Virus record (IMG/VR): IMGVR_UViG_3300049141_000026
Span: 1 to 33,528 of that record
From: a virus
Lineage: Duplodnaviria > Caudoviricetes
Strand: one strand, 5' to 3'
Length of the DNA stretch: 33,528 nt
Shown: piece by piece, positions 15,795-25,898 of the stretch
Layout: each line of letters starts with the position of its first letter
Position numbering within the stretch: the stretch's first letter is position 1
Notes under the pieces: model-generated
Told to the model about the DNA's origin: nothing
The model's input: the letters and a program-made list of their open reading frames with translations, nothing else
Databases searched by the model: none
Translations under genes and position numbers: made by a program

Positions 15795-17084
15795 TCAGGC
15801 CAGTCCCATCTGTGCGAGCACCTGGCGGCCGATGCCGACCGCCTTGTCTGCCGCCGACGTAGTGCGGCGCCACTGCGGGTCGCTGCGGACCGCGTCCGTG
15901 AACTCTTGGAGCGACATCGGACTGGGCTTGCCGTCCGAGCCCATCCGATTCAGGGCCTGCTTGATCTTCGGCGAGAACACGTCGATGTCCGTGTCAGGCA
16001 GTTGCAGCTCCTGCGCCATCACCTGGCGGTACGGCTCCGCCAGCTCCTGGACGCTGGCTCCCGCGTTGATCTGGTCCGCGAAGGCCGGGTAGAGCCCGGC
16101 CGCCTGCTCGCGCAGACTCGCCTGGATCTTCTCCATGGTCGTCACGCCGCGCACCAGGTACTGCGCGTTGTTCAGCAGGCTCTGCTCCGAGACCTGCACG
16201 CCCAGGGTGTACGCCTCGCGTTTGATCTCGCGGGCCGCCTGGCCGGCCATACCGCCAAGGACGTTATCCTTGCCGAACTTGATGTACTGACCCACGTAGG
16301 CCAGTACCTGCTCCTTGCCCCAGTTGTAGTAGACCATGTTGCGAGCAAGGTTCTGGATGTTCTTCTCGCTCATCAGGGCACCTGCCTTGACGGCGAGCTG
16401 CCGGGCCTGGACCCGAGCGGCCTCCATGGTCGCCTGGTAGGTGGCGGGGTCGGTCTTCTCCAGCACCTGGGCCTGACGGACAGTGGCGCTGTTCTTCTTC
16501 CACCACGTGGAGTTCTTGACCTCCGCCTGGAACTTCTCGGGCGTCCACTGCTCGGCGACGGCGCCGTTGAGCATCGTCCACAGCTCGGGCTGGCTCTTGA
16601 AGAACGCGTACGACATGCCGTAGGTCTCCGCCAGCTCGCTGGCATCGAGCCGCAGTGCGGCCTGCGGAACCTCGCTGCCACCCGAGGACGCATCGGCGGC
16701 GACGCCCGGCACACGCCGGCCGCCCATCCAGCGGTCCATGTAGTAGCCCTCAGACAGAGAGCTGATCTTCACCGGTGAGCCGGGGCGCGGGGCATGGATG
16801 AACTTGCCCCCGCCCATGTAGATCCCCACGTGGTCGGGGCCCGACCGCTTGCGGTCGGTGTCAAAGAACACGAGATCGCCGGGGCGCAGCTTGTCGGGCT
16901 GCACGCTGTGCCCGATGTTGATCTGGTCGTAGGTCACGCGGGGCAGCTCGATCCCGTACCGCCGGTACACCTGCTGCACCAGGCCCGAGCAGTCGATGCC
17001 GTTCTGGAGGTCGTTGCCGCCCCAGACGTACTGGACGCCCAGGCTCTTGCGAGCCAGCTCGACTATGTCTTCACCGCGTGCCAT
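15795..17084 (-). CDS. virion protein with N-terminal NlpC/P60 peptidase domain
   Basis: YVWGG...DCSGL...PGDLVFF...HVGIY...IHA, the NlpC/P60 Cys-His-His catalytic set. Confidence 0.85.
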   Translation of the reverse strand: MARGEDIVELARKSLGVQYVWGGNDLQNGIDCSGLVQQVYRRYGIELPRVTYDQINIGHSVQPDKLRPGDLVFFDTDRKRSGPDHVGIYMGGGKFIHAPRPGSPVKISSLSEGYYMDRWMGGRRVPGVAADASSGGSEVPQAALRLDASELAETYGMSYAFFKSQPELWTMLNGAVAEQWTPEKFQAEVKNSTWWKKNSATVRQAQVLEKTDPATYQATMEAARVQARQLAVKAGALMSEKNIQNLARNMVYYNWGKEQVLAYVGQYIKFGKDNVLGGMAGQAAREIKREAYTLGVQVSEQSLLNNAQYLVRGVTTMEKIQASLREQAAGLYPAFADQINAGASVQELAEPYRQVMAQELQLPDTDIDVFSPKIKQALNRMGSDGKPSPMSLQEFTDAVRSDPQWRRTTSAADKAVGIGRQVLAQMGLA

Positions 17085-17087
17085 GGC

Positions 17088-17957
17088 TTACCCCGGGCTT
17101 CCGAAGACCAGGTTCTCCAGCGCGCCCTGGTAGGTGGTGACAGCCTGGTTGACCCCGTACTCCTTCTTGCCCTTGATCTGCTGCTCGCCGATCTGGGCAC
17201 GCCCCTCCGCGGTCATGCCGCCGGAGGACTGGGTGTCCTGGCTGACCTGCTGGCCGGTCTCCAGGTTGTACTGGGTGGTCGTGGTCTGCGTGACCGGGTT
17301 CGCTTCCTCGGCGGTGTGCAGCGCCGTGGCGAAGGCGGACAGCTCGCCCGCTCCCGGGTCGCGGCCCATCATGTCCTGGAAGAGCTTGGTGGCGATGGCG
17401 CGAGCCGTGGCCGGGTCGGTCAGGTCCGTGCGCGTGTCGGTCTGCTGGGCCATGCCGTTGCCCAGGTACACGCCGGGGCCGGCGTACCGCCGCTCGCCGG
17501 TCACCATGTTGACCTCAAAGGCGCCCTGCTGGCGCCAGGCATCCTTGCCGGCTCCGCCGGCCGCCTTGACGTAGCCGCTGAGCAGATCGAACGGGGTCAC
17601 CTTCTGGCCGACGGCGCCGAACTTACCGGCGGCCTCCACCAGCTTGCGCCAGCCCTCCTGGGCCTCGATGACGCCCGAGCCGACGGGCAGGAGCCCGCCC
17701 ACGATGAACTGCGCCAGGAGGTCCCGGCGCTTCTTGTCGTCCCAGCGGTAGAACTCCGCCATGGCTTCGTCGCTGGACAGCCACCTGTCCGACGTCGTGC
17801 GGACGTAGGCGTCCGCCGGACCGCTCTTCCGCTTCACCTTCTGCTGGCTGCCCATGTAGACGCGCCCCTCGGCGCCCGCTGACGAGCCGCCAGCGGACAG
17901 CAGGCCCTCCAGGGCCTTCACCATGCCGGGGTCCGGCCCCGCCGCACTGATGGCCAT
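17088..17957 (-). CDS. hypothetical internal virion protein
   Basis: 289 aa, translationally coupled within the structural operon. Confidence 0.65.
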   Translation of the reverse strand: MAISAAGPDPGMVKALEGLLSAGGSSAGAEGRVYMGSQQKVKRKSGPADAYVRTTSDRWLSSDEAMAEFYRWDDKKRRDLLAQFIVGGLLPVGSGVIEAQEGWRKLVEAAGKFGAVGQKVTPFDLLSGYVKAAGGAGKDAWRQQGAFEVNMVTGERRYAGPGVYLGNGMAQQTDTRTDLTDPATARAIATKLFQDMMGRDPGAGELSAFATALHTAEEANPVTQTTTTQYNLETGQQVSQDTQSSGGMTAEGRAQIGEQQIKGKKEYGVNQAVTTYQGALENLVFGSPG

Positions 17958-20900
17958 CAGGCCGCCTCCTCATCCAGAGCGTCGCCCAGCAGGTCGGCAA
18001 GCTCGTCCACGTCCACACTCAGGTCCCGGTGCAGGTACCGGCTGTGGAGGTCGCCGAAGCGGGTGTCCCGCTCGGTGAGGTCGTCCACGAACCTGACCCA
18101 ATTGTCCCGTAGATCCCGGTTCTTCTTGGCCGTGAGACTCTTTGCCGCGACGCCCTTGAGGCCGCGAGCCTTCAGGGCGGCGGAGCGCTCCTTGTAGCGG
18201 CGCTCAAGCTCCTTGACGACCACCTGTCGCCCGGCCAGGTAGAGCTGAAGTGTCCGGAGATCGGACCGATTGGGGTCCTTCGCCATGTCCGAGTGCGCCA
18301 CCTCGGTAAGAGCGGGGATCAGCCTCTCGTACTTCTTCGGGTCGAAGGAGTAGAAGTCCTTGGCCCATTCCTCGTTGTAGTACTCATTCTCTACATCGCC
18401 CGGCAACACGGGGGTGCTCATCAGCTCGGCAACGGCGTCCTTCATCCTCTTGAACTGCTCTGCACCGGGGTCGTCAAAGTGCTGGTACCCAGCGCTCTCC
18501 AGCTTGGACTTAATGAAATTCTGCATCTGCGTGTACTTCGCCCACCCGAGCCTCCGCTGGTTCTCCAGCATCGCCTCCTCGGCGGACAGCTTCGTCCGCT
18601 GCATCTCGCTGCCACCCGGCACGAGCGGGTGCGTGAGCTGGTACGTGTACGCCTCCGGCGAGAAGGGGCCATTGCCCTCCGGGCCGATGATGAGCGCGCC
18701 CAGCTCGGGGTTCTTCGCCAGCAGCTCCTCGTACCGCTTGGACAGCTCCACGGCCTGCTTCGTCGCCTCGGCGCCGATCTTGTTCTTGCTGGTGGCCTGG
18801 GCGAAGATGAAGTACGACTCCCCAAAGCGGTCCAGGAACTCCTGGTCAGCCGTCATGGGGTCCTTGCGGCGCAGGTTGTTGTACTGGTCCCGGTAGAAGG
18901 CGTACTTGTCGCTGCGCTGCGTCGCCGCCGGCTGGACGAACGCCCACGCCGCGCTCTGGAGCCAGTACTGCTTGGTCATGTCCGCGATCTCGCGGGCATC
19001 GGGCATCGGCTTGCCCAGGTTGGCGTGCTCGTAGGCGGCACGCTGCATGATCTGGAGCTTCGTGCGCTGGTAGCGCTCGTCGCTGGTGTCGTACGCGGTC
19101 AGGAAGTTCTTGATGGTCTGCGGCATCGACAAGTCGGCCGCGCGTCCCAGCGGCGTGTTGCCGAACAGGGGGCTCCCGGCCGTCGGGCCGTGGGGCAGGA
19201 CACCCAGGTGGCGAGCCAGCTCACCCATGCTCGGCTTGTCCTTGACGAACTCATTGACCGGGATACTGACAATCGGACCCGTGCCAGGGTTGAACCAGGG
19301 ATCGCCCTGCGTGATCATGTTCAGGCTGTCCTGGCTGACGAGCCAGCGGCCCGAGCCGTCCATGTTGAACGCCTTGCCCACCGGGCCGTCCACGACGAAC
19401 CGCGGCACGCGCGCCATGATCAGGCGCTTGCTCTTGGGTACGAAGGTCTTCTTGCCGGTGATGGGGTCGATCACCGTGCCGTCCCGCAGCACCTTGTTGC
19501 CGTCTTGGTCCTGCATCCAGCCCGCGGAGATCGGCGCGTTGAAAATGACGCCCGCGTACCCGACCGTCTGTGGCCGGTCGGCGATGATCCGGGCCCACCT
19601 CTGCCACGCCTCGGTAGTGGCGGCGAAGAACGGCGAGATGAAGCGGAGCGCATGCGCAGCGTCTGACCTGTGCGCGATGTCGAACACGAGCTTGCGCGTG
19701 TCCTTCAGCGCCAGGCGCCGGGCCGTCTCGGCGATCCGGTCCGCTTCCGCCTGGGTGACCTTGGCGCCCTGCTTGATCTCCTGAGACGCCAGGATCTTGG
19801 CGTGCCCCTCGTAGAGCTGGTTGAACAGCGGGTGCCTGGACATCCGGTCCGCCGGGATGGAGGCGGCCGTCCTGTACCACCAGTCGATGACGCGGTCCAC
19901 GCCCTGAGTCAAAGGGCCGCCCAGGCCCTCGGCGAGCTGGGTGGTGTGCACGTTCAGCGGGTGATGCCCGAGCTTGGCTGCCTCCGCAAGGAAGGTCTCA
20001 TCGGCCTTGCCTTCCAGCGCCGCCATGCGGATCTCCGGCGTGGGCAGGTACTCGTCCACCTCGTGCCACACGGAGGCGGCGATCCGCTCGGCAGGTGAGT
20101 GCTTGATACCCAGGCGCTTCCGGTACGCCCGGCCCGCGGGCGTCTTGGTGAGCCAGTCGCTCATCTCGCCGATGGACTTGCCCTGTACCGCCAGGCGACC
20201 CAGCTCGTCCTGCATGATCTGAAGGTTGATCGCCTGGTCCCAGGAGCTGACGAACTTCTTCGGGTCCTGGGGGTAGGAGATCGCCACGCCCTGCTTGCCG
20301 TAGGCGCGCTGGAGGTTGCCGTGGACGATCTGCTTGTTGCGTGACAGGAGCGTGCGCAGCGAGTCGTCGCTGCTGATCATCTTCTGGTAGTACTCGCCGC
20401 GGTTGCCGGCGAACGCGGCGGGCACCACCGTGCCCGGCGCCACCTCGATCTCCTTGTAGACCTGCGAATTCTGCCGATGGCCCCGCTTGAGCGCGGTCTT
20501 CAGCCCGGCGATCTCGGCAACGGCGCCAGCCCGCTGGCCGGCGAGGTTCGCCAGCTGGTCGTCCATGTCCGCCAGGCGGGCCTGCGGACGGGCCATGCGG
20601 GTCTGCATCCGCTGCTCTGCGCGGGCGACCTCGCCCGCGTGCTTCTCCACGAGCTGCTGGTGAGCGCGGATCTGCGCAGGGGTGGCCGCGGGGGGCAGGG
20701 CATTGAGCCGGTTCGTCGCCCGGCGGTGCCGGTCACGAGCGCGCCGCACGGCGTCCTTGTGGATCATCTCCCGCGTCTCCACCTTGACACGGAAAAGGTC
20801 GGCCTTGGGCTGAAGAACCTTCAGCTCGTCATCGATGTACTTCAGGCCCTCCTTGGCTGCGGCCTCCTGGGCCTCATAGAAGGAGGCCGGCTTCCACCGG

Positions 20901-22918
20901 GCCAGGTTGGTAGCGAGGTTCTTAACGCCATAGTTGGCGCGCAGCACCATGGTTGCCGCCCCAAGCCGAGCGACCTGGCCGGCGAGGTCATCGCCCAGCA
21001 CTCGGGGGATGTAGCCCAGGCGAAAGAGCGTGCCGAACTTCCACAGGTGGTTGAGGTAGTCGGCGGAGTTGACCAGCCAGTCCTTGTTGCCGATGCTCGC
21101 CGTGCGCAGCGCCTTGAGGGCGCTGCCGTGGCGGGCGAGCGTGGTGTCCAGCGCCTTCAGGTCCACCATGACGTGGTCGTTGACCAGGCGAGTCACCAGG
21201 TTGGGGTGCACCGACAGGTTGCCGTGCCCGTCAACGAACTCGTCCAGGTGGATCTTCTCGCCGTGCGGGCCGCGGGCGTCCGGGTGCACGCCAGCTGAGT
21301 ACCGGCGCAGCTTGTCCTGGCCGCCCAGGATCTGCGCCTGGTACTCGCGGTACAGGGCCATGCCCTCGTCGTAGGTGAGGCCGTGTTTCTCCGCGACCTT
21401 GCCCACGCCCATGCCTTGGACCTTCTCCAGCATCACCAGGCGCTCCGCCTCGGTGGTGGTCTTGAGGTAGTCGTTCAGCATGCTCTGGCGGATGTCCGGG
21501 CCGATGCCCGGGATGCGGGCGATCTGCGCCCGCAGCTCGTCCACCGCCTCCTGGTGGATGTCGTCCACCGCGATCAGGCCGTTGGGGTGCGCCTCCTTGA
21601 AGGAGCGCACAACCACCAGGTTGTTGCCGAAGAAGTCGTTGCCGTAGATCCGCGCCTTGCCCAGGCGCGACTGCGGGGAGCCGGAGGTCCCGAGGGCCGG
21701 GCCAGTGCGGTGCTGCGCCTGCGCGTCCGTACGCCGCTGCGCGCGGTCGAATGACCATCGCGTGAGGTTGACCGCGTCCAGCTCCTGATAGTGGGCAAGC
21801 ATCCCGTCGTACTGCGCCACCAGGTTTTCATCGGCGTTGATCTGCTGGTTGAGCTGCTTGATGCGGTCGCGCACCAGCGCCTCGGCTCGCGTGTTGCCCT
21901 GCGCGACCACGCGCGGCAGCGCCAGCTCCGCCTTCGAAAGGCGCGAGGTGTCCTGCTGAAGACGCTGGGCGGCAAGCGCATTGCGCTGCTCCAGGAGCAC
22001 GCGGGCCTCCACGTCCCCGAGCCCGACACGGAGGAAAAGGTCCACTTCCTCGCGGCTCTTGAGCGTGGAGACGATGCCCCCGGCCCGGGGGCCCAGGGCT
22101 GACTTGCGGAACATCGACAGGTTGTTGATCAGGGCCGGGTTGTCCTTGTTGGCCCAGATGAAGTCCTGGGCCTTGCCCATGGTCGAGTCCGCCATGATGG
22201 ACTCGATGTCGTCCTTGCCCCAGCCGCCCTTGGGGCGCTCCTTGACGATGAACTTGTTGCGGGCGGCGCCCACGCCCTTGCCCCCGAGTACGAACGGGTC
22301 GAGGTACCACCGGAAGACGAAGTCCCCGGCGCCGCTGGCGAAGGTGAACCAGGCGTGATCCTGCCGCATCTGCTCCACGGCGCGGTTGCCGACGGCCGGC
22401 ATGCCCTTGGACTTCAGCCACTCCTGCTGCTCGTCCGGCGCCATGTCCTTCCACTCGGGCGGCAGGTAGGAGGCGGCGGGCTGGGCGTACACCAGCTCGT
22501 TCTCCAGGATCTCGTCCGCCTCCTTGCCCGTGGCAAACATCGCCTGGCCCGGAGAGACGTGCTCGGCGGTACGCCACGCCTGGGCCCAGGTGCTGCCCTT
22601 GAACACGTCGCTCCACGCCTCGCCCGCATCGTCGTCGTTCCGCGGTGACACCAGGAAGAACGTGCTGATCGGCTGACTGATGGCGTTGTCATAGATCCAG
22701 TTCATGCCGTGCATGACCTGCTCAAGCGAGTTGGTCACCGGCTTCATGGCCGGAGCCAGCAGGCCGTCCTTGCTGGCGTCGTGGACCGGCTTCCAGTTGC
22801 CGTCCTTGTCCTTCTCGTGCCTGATGTCCTCGTAGAAGGGATTGATCACCCGCTCCACCGAGCGCATGGCGTTGCCCGCGGAGTAGACCGCGTCCTCCAG
22901 CCAGTCGCCGATGCCCAC
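17957..22918 (-). CDS. very large internal virion/ejectosome-type protein
   Basis: 1653-aa helical ORF in the portal-to-scaffold block. Size and position resemble podovirus ejection proteins; no catalytic motif was recognised. Confidence 0.6.
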   Translation of the reverse strand: MGIGDWLEDAVYSAGNAMRSVERVINPFYEDIRHEKDKDGNWKPVHDASKDGLLAPAMKPVTNSLEQVMHGMNWIYDNAISQPISTFFLVSPRNDDDAGEAWSDVFKGSTWAQAWRTAEHVSPGQAMFATGKEADEILENELVYAQPAASYLPPEWKDMAPDEQQEWLKSKGMPAVGNRAVEQMRQDHAWFTFASGAGDFVFRWYLDPFVLGGKGVGAARNKFIVKERPKGGWGKDDIESIMADSTMGKAQDFIWANKDNPALINNLSMFRKSALGPRAGGIVSTLKSREEVDLFLRVGLGDVEARVLLEQRNALAAQRLQQDTSRLSKAELALPRVVAQGNTRAEALVRDRIKQLNQQINADENLVAQYDGMLAHYQELDAVNLTRWSFDRAQRRTDAQAQHRTGPALGTSGSPQSRLGKARIYGNDFFGNNLVVVRSFKEAHPNGLIAVDDIHQEAVDELRAQIARIPGIGPDIRQSMLNDYLKTTTEAERLVMLEKVQGMGVGKVAEKHGLTYDEGMALYREYQAQILGGQDKLRRYSAGVHPDARGPHGEKIHLDEFVDGHGNLSVHPNLVTRLVNDHVMVDLKALDTTLARHGSALKALRTASIGNKDWLVNSADYLNHLWKFGTLFRLGYIPRVLGDDLAGQVARLGAATMVLRANYGVKNLATNLARWKPASFYEAQEAAAKEGLKYIDDELKVLQPKADLFRVKVETREMIHKDAVRRARDRHRRATNRLNALPPAATPAQIRAHQQLVEKHAGEVARAEQRMQTRMARPQARLADMDDQLANLAGQRAGAVAEIAGLKTALKRGHRQNSQVYKEIEVAPGTVVPAAFAGNRGEYYQKMISSDDSLRTLLSRNKQIVHGNLQRAYGKQGVAISYPQDPKKFVSSWDQAINLQIMQDELGRLAVQGKSIGEMSDWLTKTPAGRAYRKRLGIKHSPAERIAASVWHEVDEYLPTPEIRMAALEGKADETFLAEAAKLGHHPLNVHTTQLAEGLGGPLTQGVDRVIDWWYRTAASIPADRMSRHPLFNQLYEGHAKILASQEIKQGAKVTQAEADRIAETARRLALKDTRKLVFDIAHRSDAAHALRFISPFFAATTEAWQRWARIIADRPQTVGYAGVIFNAPISAGWMQDQDGNKVLRDGTVIDPITGKKTFVPKSKRLIMARVPRFVVDGPVGKAFNMDGSGRWLVSQDSLNMITQGDPWFNPGTGPIVSIPVNEFVKDKPSMGELARHLGVLPHGPTAGSPLFGNTPLGRAADLSMPQTIKNFLTAYDTSDERYQRTKLQIMQRAAYEHANLGKPMPDAREIADMTKQYWLQSAAWAFVQPAATQRSDKYAFYRDQYNNLRRKDPMTADQEFLDRFGESYFIFAQATSKNKIGAEATKQAVELSKRYEELLAKNPELGALIIGPEGNGPFSPEAYTYQLTHPLVPGGSEMQRTKLSAEEAMLENQRRLGWAKYTQMQNFIKSKLESAGYQHFDDPGAEQFKRMKDAVAELMSTPVLPGDVENEYYNEEWAKDFYSFDPKKYERLIPALTEVAHSDMAKDPNRSDLRTLQLYLAGRQVVVKELERRYKERSAALKARGLKGVAAKSLTAKKNRDLRDNWVRFVDDLTERDTRFGDLHSRYLHRDLSVDVDELADLLGDALDEEAA

Positions 22919-23106
22919 TAGACCCCCAGTCCGGCAGTGGGCTCCGGCGGGTAGACGTCGATGGACGTCGGCATGGCCTGGAGCGCGTACGCGAGGCCGT
23001 ACCCGGTCAGATCCGGGTCGGCGCCGTTCAGGGCGAAGTCGAAAGCGAGGCCGGGAGCGTCAGGGAAGAACCTCGCCATGTTGCCCAGCGCGTTGAACCA
23101 GTCCAT
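22918..23106 (-). CDS. hypothetical protein
   Basis: 62 aa with one-base stop/start overlaps on both sides. Confidence 0.6.
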   Translation of the reverse strand: MDWFNALGNMARFFPDAPGLAFDFALNGADPDLTGYGLAYALQAMPTSIDVYPPEPTAGLGV

Positions 23107-23555
23107 CAGGCCATCCCCTTGAGCTGGCGTACCAAGTTCCGGGCCGCCTTCGAGGCGCCCGGCTGGTTGGCCATGTGCTCCAGCACCGGCAGGTACTGAA
23201 GCAGGCGCTTCGCGTCCTCGGCCGGCTGGTTGGGCAGGCCCAGGGCCTCCAGGCCGGGCCCCTCACCAAGGGCGGCGCCGGCCGTGACCGGCTCCTCCGG
23301 CATCTGCGTGGGAGCGTCCAGCCCGATGAGACCTTCGGTCAGGTCCGTGGGCATCCCGGCGCCGGCATCCCCACCCGGCGACGCCGAGAGGGGGGCTGAC
23401 TGCTGGAGCTGTTCCAGCTCCTGACGCTCGCCGTACGCGCCACCCGAGGGCGCGCGCACGGGCTGGCCCGGACCTCCGTCCGTGCGCTTACTCAGCGCCC
23501 CCGGCCCGGAGACCGGGGCGGGGGAACCGGGCTGGCGGTAACCACCGCTGGCCAT
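23106..23555 (-). CDS. Gly/Pro-rich hypothetical virion protein (GGYRQP..PAPVSGPGALSKRTDGGP)
   Basis: GGAGGAG RBS, 149 aa, located after the portal as in related actinophage podoviruses. Confidence 0.7.
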   Translation of the reverse strand: MASGGYRQPGSPAPVSGPGALSKRTDGGPGQPVRAPSGGAYGERQELEQLQQSAPLSASPGGDAGAGMPTDLTEGLIGLDAPTQMPEEPVTAGAALGEGPGLEALGLPNQPAEDAKRLLQYLPVLEHMANQPGASKAARNLVRQLKGMA

Positions 23556-23605
23556 GACTCCTCCAAGTTGTTCGGCCTACGACTGTGAAACCGTTCCGAA
23601 CAGAT

Positions 23606-23833
23606 TCAGTGGGCCTTGTTCTTGTCGTTGCTGCCGGTAGTCCCGGCGGACGGCGCCAGGGACGTGTTCGCCCATCCGGCGATGTCCGGCGTGGTGGTGT
23701 TGCCCCCGGTCTCGCCGGAGTTCTCGCCGCTCATGGGCTGCTGGGTGTGGATCTCGCCCAGGGTGCCCTGGAGGTGCAGCAGCGGCTTTGAGCTTCCCTC
23801 GTGGAACGGGTCGCCGGTCAGTCCCTCGCTCAT
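23606..23833 (-). CDS. hypothetical protein (MSEGLTGDPFHEG...)
   Basis: ATG 23833 with GGGAG RBS and ATGA coupling. Confidence 0.6.
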   Translation of the reverse strand: MSEGLTGDPFHEGSSKPLLHLQGTLGEIHTQQPMSGENSGETGGNTTTPDIAGWANTSLAPSAGTTGSNDKNKAH

Positions 23834-24036
23834 TTCTTGCTCCCTGTCTTGTGCTCGTCGCAGTACTTCGCGGGCCGGGGCCCCTTGCTGGCTGCTCGGG
23901 GCTCCCGACAGCCGTCCTTGGCGCACTGGCTGGCAAGAGACAAGCCCCGTGCCGCCTGTCGCAGTACCTCGCACCCGAGCCAGTGGGTCTCGGTGCCGTT
24001 CTCGGGCTCGCGCCCGCAGCTCTTGCAGGCGGTCAC
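23830..24036 (-). CDS. small Zn-finger-like protein (CKSC...H..GC...C...C...YCDEH)
   Basis: GAGGAG RBS and GTGA overlap with the portal stop. Confidence 0.6.
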   Translation of the reverse strand: MTACKSCGREPENGTETHWLGCEVLRQAARGLSLASQCAKDGCREPRAASKGPRPAKYCDEHKTGSKK

Positions 24037-25850
24037 GCCGGCACGCTCCTCTTGACGCTGGTGGACATGGTGGGACGGCCGCCGGCCGTAAGGCCGGCGA
24101 GCATCGACATGAGGTCCGGCTTACCGCCGGGTCCCATCTCGGCCTGACCGGGGGCGATGCCGCCCGGGGCGCCGGTCGTCGGATTCATCCCGAAGGGCAC
24201 CCCGGCGCCGCCCTCTTCGGCGCCGGGGGCCCCGGGCGGAGCCGCTGCGGACGTGGGCGCGGGCTCCGGCTGGAACGCCTTCAGTACGGCCTCGTGCATC
24301 GGGATGCCCTTCTCGCGCATCTCGATGATGGAAGCCGCCTGGGCGAGCACCATGGTCGGGTCCATGCCCTGCTGGGCCATGATCCCGGCGGAGGAGAGCA
24401 TGGCGAAGATGCCCTGCTTGAGAGCGTCGGTCACCTGCTCCTTGTCGACCTCCGCCTGCATCTGCGTGACGTCGATCTCCTGCGGAAGCTGGCGCTGGAC
24501 GAAGTCCCGGCTAACCAGCTGGTCACCGCGGAGCTGGAGCAGGAAGACGAGAGCCTGGTTCGGGTTCATCCCCGAGGCGAAGCCGTACGAGACGCTGACG
24601 CTGTAGTTGCCCCGGATGTCCTTCGCCGGGGTGTACGTCTCCTCGAACGGCGTGCCCTGGATGGTGCCGGAGATCGTCTTCTTCGTGTCCGGCCAGAACT
24701 TCTCGTCCATCTCGAAGGCCAGCTCCAGCGCGCGCTCCAGCGCGTCGCCGATCATGAGCTGACCCGTGGCGATCTGGATGTCATAACCGCCGTTCAGGGC
24801 ATCCACGCCGCGGCCGGTGATGATGCTGGCGTCCACGTCGCCCGTGGCGGAGGCCGGGGTGCGCGTGCCGCGCATGACCTCCTGGGCCAGCATGGCCTCC
24901 TGCTGCCAGGCCACCTGGGGAATGTCGGTGCCCACGCGCCGGATCTTCTCCGGCGAGTTGGTGCGGATGACCGCGTCATCACCCATCGAGATCTTCTGCA
25001 CGTCCGTCGGGATCGCCAGCGGCGCCCGAACGGTCTGCTGGGTGGCCTGGAGCCCGAGCATCGCCATGCGGTTGCGGGCGAGCATCGGCCAGATGATGTC
25101 ATCGAACTGGCCGCGCTGCTGGTCGTCCCACTTAGGTTTCTCGGCGACCGCGACCGGCACCTTGCCGAAGCGGTTCGGCGTGACCATCAAGACCAGGTTC
25201 GAACGCTCCGGCATGTAGAGGACGTAGGAGCTGGCGTCACAGAACTTCACCAGCTCCAGCTCGGTGTCCCCGGACACCTGCCGCCCATACGGCTGATCGC
25301 CGCCCGTGATGGCGGCGGCGTGCTCGGGGAACTTGGCGGCGAGCTGGCGGGCCTTCTCGCGCCAGACCTTGGTGTACGAGCGGACATTGCCCGCCAAGTC
25401 GTACTCCACGTAACTCTTCATCGGGTTGTCGAGCCGGATGCGGGGCTTGCCGGCCTCGAAGTCCGGCTCCACCACGAACGGCAGCGCGCCGTACGTCAGG
25501 TACCAGTCGGCACCGGTCGGCATGTGCCGGCGGAGCTTCGAGTCCGCCACGTACGCATAGGCAATCTTCGTTTTCTTGGCAACGAAGCGCTTGGAGCGCT
25601 CCGAGGTCATCACGCCCGTGGCGCAGTTGATGGACGGCAGCGGCGCCAGGTTCTCGGCGAGCTGCCGCGCTGCGGTGTCCAGCGCGTTGGCCACGATGGG
25701 CCGGGGCCACGCGTCCGGCAGCGAGCCGGGCGCGATGTTGTTCATCTTCTGCGCTCGCGCGTCGTACACCGTCTGATGACGGGCGTCCCGCTCCTGGGCG
25801 TCACGGCGCAGCGCCTCAACGCGGCGCGCTATCTGCTGGATATCGGCCAT
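24033..25850 (-). CDS. portal protein
   Basis: About 605 aa after terminase and lysin, with a P22/T7-like portal layout and a Pro/Gly-rich tail. ATG 25850 has a GGAGG RBS. Confidence 0.8.
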   Translation of the reverse strand: MADIQQIARRVEALRRDAQERDARHQTVYDARAQKMNNIAPGSLPDAWPRPIVANALDTAARQLAENLAPLPSINCATGVMTSERSKRFVAKKTKIAYAYVADSKLRRHMPTGADWYLTYGALPFVVEPDFEAGKPRIRLDNPMKSYVEYDLAGNVRSYTKVWREKARQLAAKFPEHAAAITGGDQPYGRQVSGDTELELVKFCDASSYVLYMPERSNLVLMVTPNRFGKVPVAVAEKPKWDDQQRGQFDDIIWPMLARNRMAMLGLQATQQTVRAPLAIPTDVQKISMGDDAVIRTNSPEKIRRVGTDIPQVAWQQEAMLAQEVMRGTRTPASATGDVDASIITGRGVDALNGGYDIQIATGQLMIGDALERALELAFEMDEKFWPDTKKTISGTIQGTPFEETYTPAKDIRGNYSVSVSYGFASGMNPNQALVFLLQLRGDQLVSRDFVQRQLPQEIDVTQMQAEVDKEQVTDALKQGIFAMLSSAGIMAQQGMDPTMVLAQAASIIEMREKGIPMHEAVLKAFQPEPAPTSAAAPPGAPGAEEGGAGVPFGMNPTTGAPGGIAPGQAEMGPGGKPDLMSMLAGLTAGGRPTMSTSVKRSVPA

Positions 25851-25867
25851 GACCACCTCCCGGGCGC

Positions 25868-25896
25868 GGAATGTACATCCTGTACAGGAAAAGTGC
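25868..25896 (-). promoter_or_regulatory. putative late promoter, portal copy
   Basis: The minus strand reads GCACTTTT-N10-ATGTACATTCC in the lysin-portal gap. Confidence 0.6.
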
Positions 25897-25898
25897 GG

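Noticed and set aside
17957-22918. Tape-measure protein or virion RNA polymerase
   Set aside because: There are no tail-tube or chaperone genes, no tape-measure repeats, and no recognisable polymerase catalytic motifs.
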